The notes below the pieces were generated by a model, which worked only from the letters and a program-made list of their open reading frames with translations, had not been told where the DNA came from and searched no databases. The translations under genes and the position numbers were made by a program. From the NCBI GenBank assembly GCA_000934665.2, contig KZ538185.1, positions 62,008 to 106,761 on the forward strand: a stretch of DNA of 44,754 nucleotides, given 5' to 3'. Positions 40,676 to 44,754 of the stretch are shown here, one piece after another; positions within the stretch are counted from its first letter, which is position 1; each line of letters starts with the position of its first letter. The stretch is from Catajapyx aquilonaris. Its lineage: Eukaryota.

Positions 40676-43600
40676 ATGAAAATTTAATTTTGTGTCTCAA
40701 AAAATTGTTAAATAATTTCTCAGTCCATACNGCACCGGTGTCATATTCGCGCATGTTTATAGACCGATTTGTATTACAAACGAGCACATTGCGAACTGGA
40801 ATGCGGACCGGTCCATTTGTTGGACGGATTAATGGTGCTCTCCTTGCGAATGAACGTCGGGTGCCGAAAGGGAATAAACTATCTGGAGGCCTCGGTGTAA
40901 ATTGTCGTCCGAGTCACCCTTTAAAAAAAAACGAGTGGAAATTCTTGAGCCGACAAGTCTTTAGGACCGACACGCCAGCGGCTCCGAATGTCATTACAGA
41001 CGCGGTGAACAAGGGCAAACAAACACTGAATCCAAACCGTTCCAAAAATCTCACGACTCTGTATGTTACACCAATGGATCTTCCTTAGAGCTAGGTAGTA
41101 GGGACATGATGTGCGGTATTCGACGAATCAGCCTAATTGCTTGTGTCCGAACAGCAGGCATGGGGGGACCGCATTCCGCTATATTTTTCGCCGCTTTGTC
41201 ATCAACGTAATTGTGCCGTGTACAGGGTGAGGCACAGATCGATTCGATGGTGCATGCAGTTATTTGCGATTGATCTGCCCCAATTGCAAAAAAACCTTTC
41301 TTCAACGGCCTTGCATCAACAAAAATTAAGAGATTACATAATATAGAACACCCTGCACAGCTGGTAGTCATTTGTTCATAAATTTTATTTAAATCCAGGG
41401 GTTGTTAAAAATAAGTTGTAAACAAAACATTAAATTCGTACTAGCACAACCCTAATTACTTACATTTCCGTTCATTAAAATAATATCATAATTTAAATTC
41501 ATCGTTCAGTTGACAAATGAGCACTCTCAATTTTTTAAACGTTTTAAATTATTTGACTGCATATGAAACTGCTCACAGATGGGGCTAACTATCCCCACCT
41601 GCGCATGCGTGGGTAATACGTACCCCTATCCAAAATGATTAGCTCCAGATGTCTCTCCCTCTTGACCCTGTCATCATCCAAGTTCATAAATTGGGTAGGT
41701 CATAAATTTAAGCCCCGTATATATTCTGTCGTGCCTAGCCTACCTCCAACCTGATTTGTCCAAAAGGTAAACTCATCCCTAGGCTTCTGCCCTGAATATA
41801 ATCGAAATACCAAAAAAAGACCATCGTCGCATTCTTCTAGCAAGCCCTTTTGTTGTTTTTTGGCACCACCCTGTAACCGGTCCGGCCGTCGTCATTAGGA
41901 GAGAAGACGTATTTCAATTAGCCACAGCACTACCGCCTTCTCCACCCCACAGCAACCCCCTCTAGTTTTTCGAGCGTCTTGGCAACATTTCTCTCTCTGA
42001 AAGCATCCCAAAGGCTCCGACTTTGGAGGGGGTGGTGTGGGGAGGCCACTTCGGCTTCCTTTGACACGACTCTTGCGACGTGAGGGAATGTGACTGCTCC
42101 CACCAAGATGGCGCCGTGGATCAAACGACGCACGACGGGGACTAGGGATGACCGGAAGACGCCATCTTGATCCGCCATCTTGGGGGAAGAAAACTTAGGG
42201 TCCAGAAGAAACGCATTCCATGGATGCTACGGGTCATGGTGATGAATGTGGGATTGTCATGAAGGTGAATCATTTCTTGGAGGTAAATGAGTGGACTCTT
42301 ATGCCAGGAATGGTGGTTAGGTCCACCCATACCAAGCCGGTTAGCGCGTTTATGTCGCTTGTCACATGAGGAGCTACATATCTAGTGTGTTCCTACATGT
42401 TACAGGCTCTACAGGGGGGACGGTGATTGCTACACCTGATTTGATTTAATTTTTCTGAGGGTATCCGTGAGAAAACTGGCCCATTTTTTGTGGGGTGATA
42501 CATACACCCCAAAATTATTACCCTGAAGGAGGCTCAGATCAGTAATGCATAAGGGCATGATTTAATTAGGTTGATTAATCCGCACGTATAGCATCGGACA
42601 CAGCCAGTCCGATTGCATAAACCAAGAAGGACTAGAGTAAACTTCGTCACGCTTGTTTAACCTCTCCAAATTGTATAAAGGAACAAACTTGGGGGAGCTT
42701 CTTGGAAATGAAGACGTTCTAAGAGGCTACAGCTCGAGGAGCTCTGTGGGAAGATGGGCACAACAAGTCAGTCCATTGATTCAAGTGTGCAGAGACTCTT
42801 GTCGATGCTTCCCAAGAAGCTGCTCAAGCTTCCGCGTTTCCTTCCAAATTTCGGACATGAAACTTTGGGGGGAGCTTGGGATCTTTGGGAGGTTTCCGGA
42901 CTGAAGATGGTGTCTTCACACACGCATCACATACGGAAGCGATTACATGCATGGTTTCCCTCAGCTGCACAAAAGGCCCGCTTCCACATTCATGAGTTGT
43001 CTGTGATGGAAACAGGCGGGCCGAAAGGTGGAGGCTAATTGGTTCGTTCCATTCTTTGCCAATTTCCGAAAACAGGAGGACCTCTGTCACTGACAGGGAT
43101 GCGTGTCTGGCCGACGGCGACTCTCGGTCTGTGTCATTTCCGGATCCTCCAGAGTCCACTGACTCACAGACCGCAAACTATGACCAGCTGGGCTGTGCGA
43201 TATTCAGCAACAATAGTACAAAATGTCCCAAATTTTTACTTTCCACTAAGTTGACTGACTGTGAGAGTATAGGGCCACAATAGCCCTTATTGCTCCCAAA
43301 TACAACCGCAATATTGCTATTGGCCCCAATAATCCAGGTGTCGCAGTGTAAAAATACTGGAAGCCTTGAGCTCACCTTTTTCACATGCAATCAAACAGTA
43401 AAAGGTCTCCCCTAGTTTGATCATGCCAGCAGCTGTCTTTCTCCTCTACTATAGTTAAGGTATTAAAGGGGATAACTTAGTCGGGTTCAAACAAAAACTT
43501 TTGCTTGCCATCGCAATTTTGTAAAAATAGCAAATTCAAAAGTTGTTTGCAATTCGAAATGAGAAGCACCGACCAAACAGCCATTGCGTCAAAACGATAG

Positions 43601-44754
43601 TCACCAGTCTATTGACATGCCATTTCCATGTGACGAGTCCCTGCAAATGTTGTGTGCACCGAAGAATGATGGGTGAGGAAGTACCATCCGAAATCGACCC
43701 CCCCATTTGGAGGCACCCCCCGCTGGGCAGACGTGGACAAGAGAGAAGGCCACTTCAGTTATATAGGATTCGGACCTATACATGCTACTGGCCGTTGCTC
43801 TCATTGTGTTGACCCAACAAAGCCCATTGCATCCTCCTGTGTTTCCCTTCCATTTCTATGCCATTTGTTCGGCTCTTCTTCGGGATATCACGTTCTCCCA
43901 AAAGCGTGGATCTTTGGAATGAGGAGGATGGGAACATCAGATTCAAAAGTGAAGTGCATATGGGTCTATAAACAGCTACTGAATTAAACAATAGACTAGG
44001 TTTGTTCTATATTCACGAATTTGCATATTTTTTTTAGAAATTATTTTTAGTGAGTTTTTGCTCTGTAATCAGAATTTCGCGCACTAATATGACCTTTTTT
44101 AAAAAATATGGGAACTGAACACCCTATCCGATTTACAAAAATGTCACCCCAGTTTATCCAGCCTTCGTTATACACCCCAAAGAATGTAAACGACCTTCTA
44201 CGTAACACGAGTGTATGCCATAATAATCTGATGTTTAGTATCATTAACAGCCCCTGTGGTCCACTCATTCCGGGAATCGCCATGAGAATGCTCATTAATT
44301 ACACCTGAATAATAACACAATTTGAGTCAAACCCATCATTTAAAAAAACATGACGTCACTAATCCCCCAAAAAAACCTAATCGCAAAGTGACAACGACAG
44401 CAAATTTTCTGGCATGTCTTTTGACACATTGTGTACGTGCCAAGTATGTCCCCGAATTTCGACGTATGTGCCTAACAAACAAATTGTACAGTACGACATG
44501 TGCGGGCTTATGCTGCATAATTACTAGTAATGCGTTATGCAACAAAAATGTCTTTAAAAATATTACAAAATTATTAACAATAATCATATTTTGAAAATTC
44601 AAATATGTCAATTTCATTTGTACACAATTTGTCAATTTTTTTAAATAAAAATGGGTGGTTCAAGTTTCTGAACCTGAGTGTCCTCCTTCCCTAGAGTATG
44701 GGACAGAGGCGGGTCCTTGTGTGTAACAAGCCCACTTCCGGCGTGTCCCCATCT

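Noticed and set aside
40410..40787. Mucin-like ETTASP-repeat protein
   Set aside because: Product of an 18-bp minisatellite; the ORF has a non-ATG start, crosses an N, and has no signal peptide or exon support.
41221..41358. Tc1/mariner-type MITE (tacagggtg...caccctg)
   Set aside because: Only about 7 bp of inverted match and no right-hand TA. Similar lone caccctgta or tacagggtg ends near 468, 4555 and 10038 have no clear partners.

Overview
Eukaryotic (arthropod-like) genomic DNA, not prokaryotic. The only protein-coding gene I can support is the 5' half of an optomotor-blind/bifid (Tbx2/3 subfamily) T-box gene on the minus strand. Three phase-compatible coding exons are visible (22231-21807, 8985-8872, and 6142-5989 or 5980), separated by introns of 12.8 kb and 2.7 kb. 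The rest of the T-box (TILNSMHKYQPR...) was not found, so it probably lies left of the window or in the gap at 1635. A GC-rich promoter lies at about 22300-22700, followed by about 22 kb with no recognisable gene. The non-coding DNA holds two copies of a tRNA-derived SINE, a TTAA-flanked piggyBac-type MITE, several mini- and microsatellites, and three single Ns (possible contig joins). I see no evidence of a new multi-gene system. The most interesting signals are tandem 5' splice donors that could toggle a VST tripeptide inside the T-box, stacked near-perfect palindromes at one SINE tail, a triplet of CTCF-like motifs, and a SINE/MITE/microsatellite cluster next to the promoter. Protein and motif comparisons are from memory, not from database searches.
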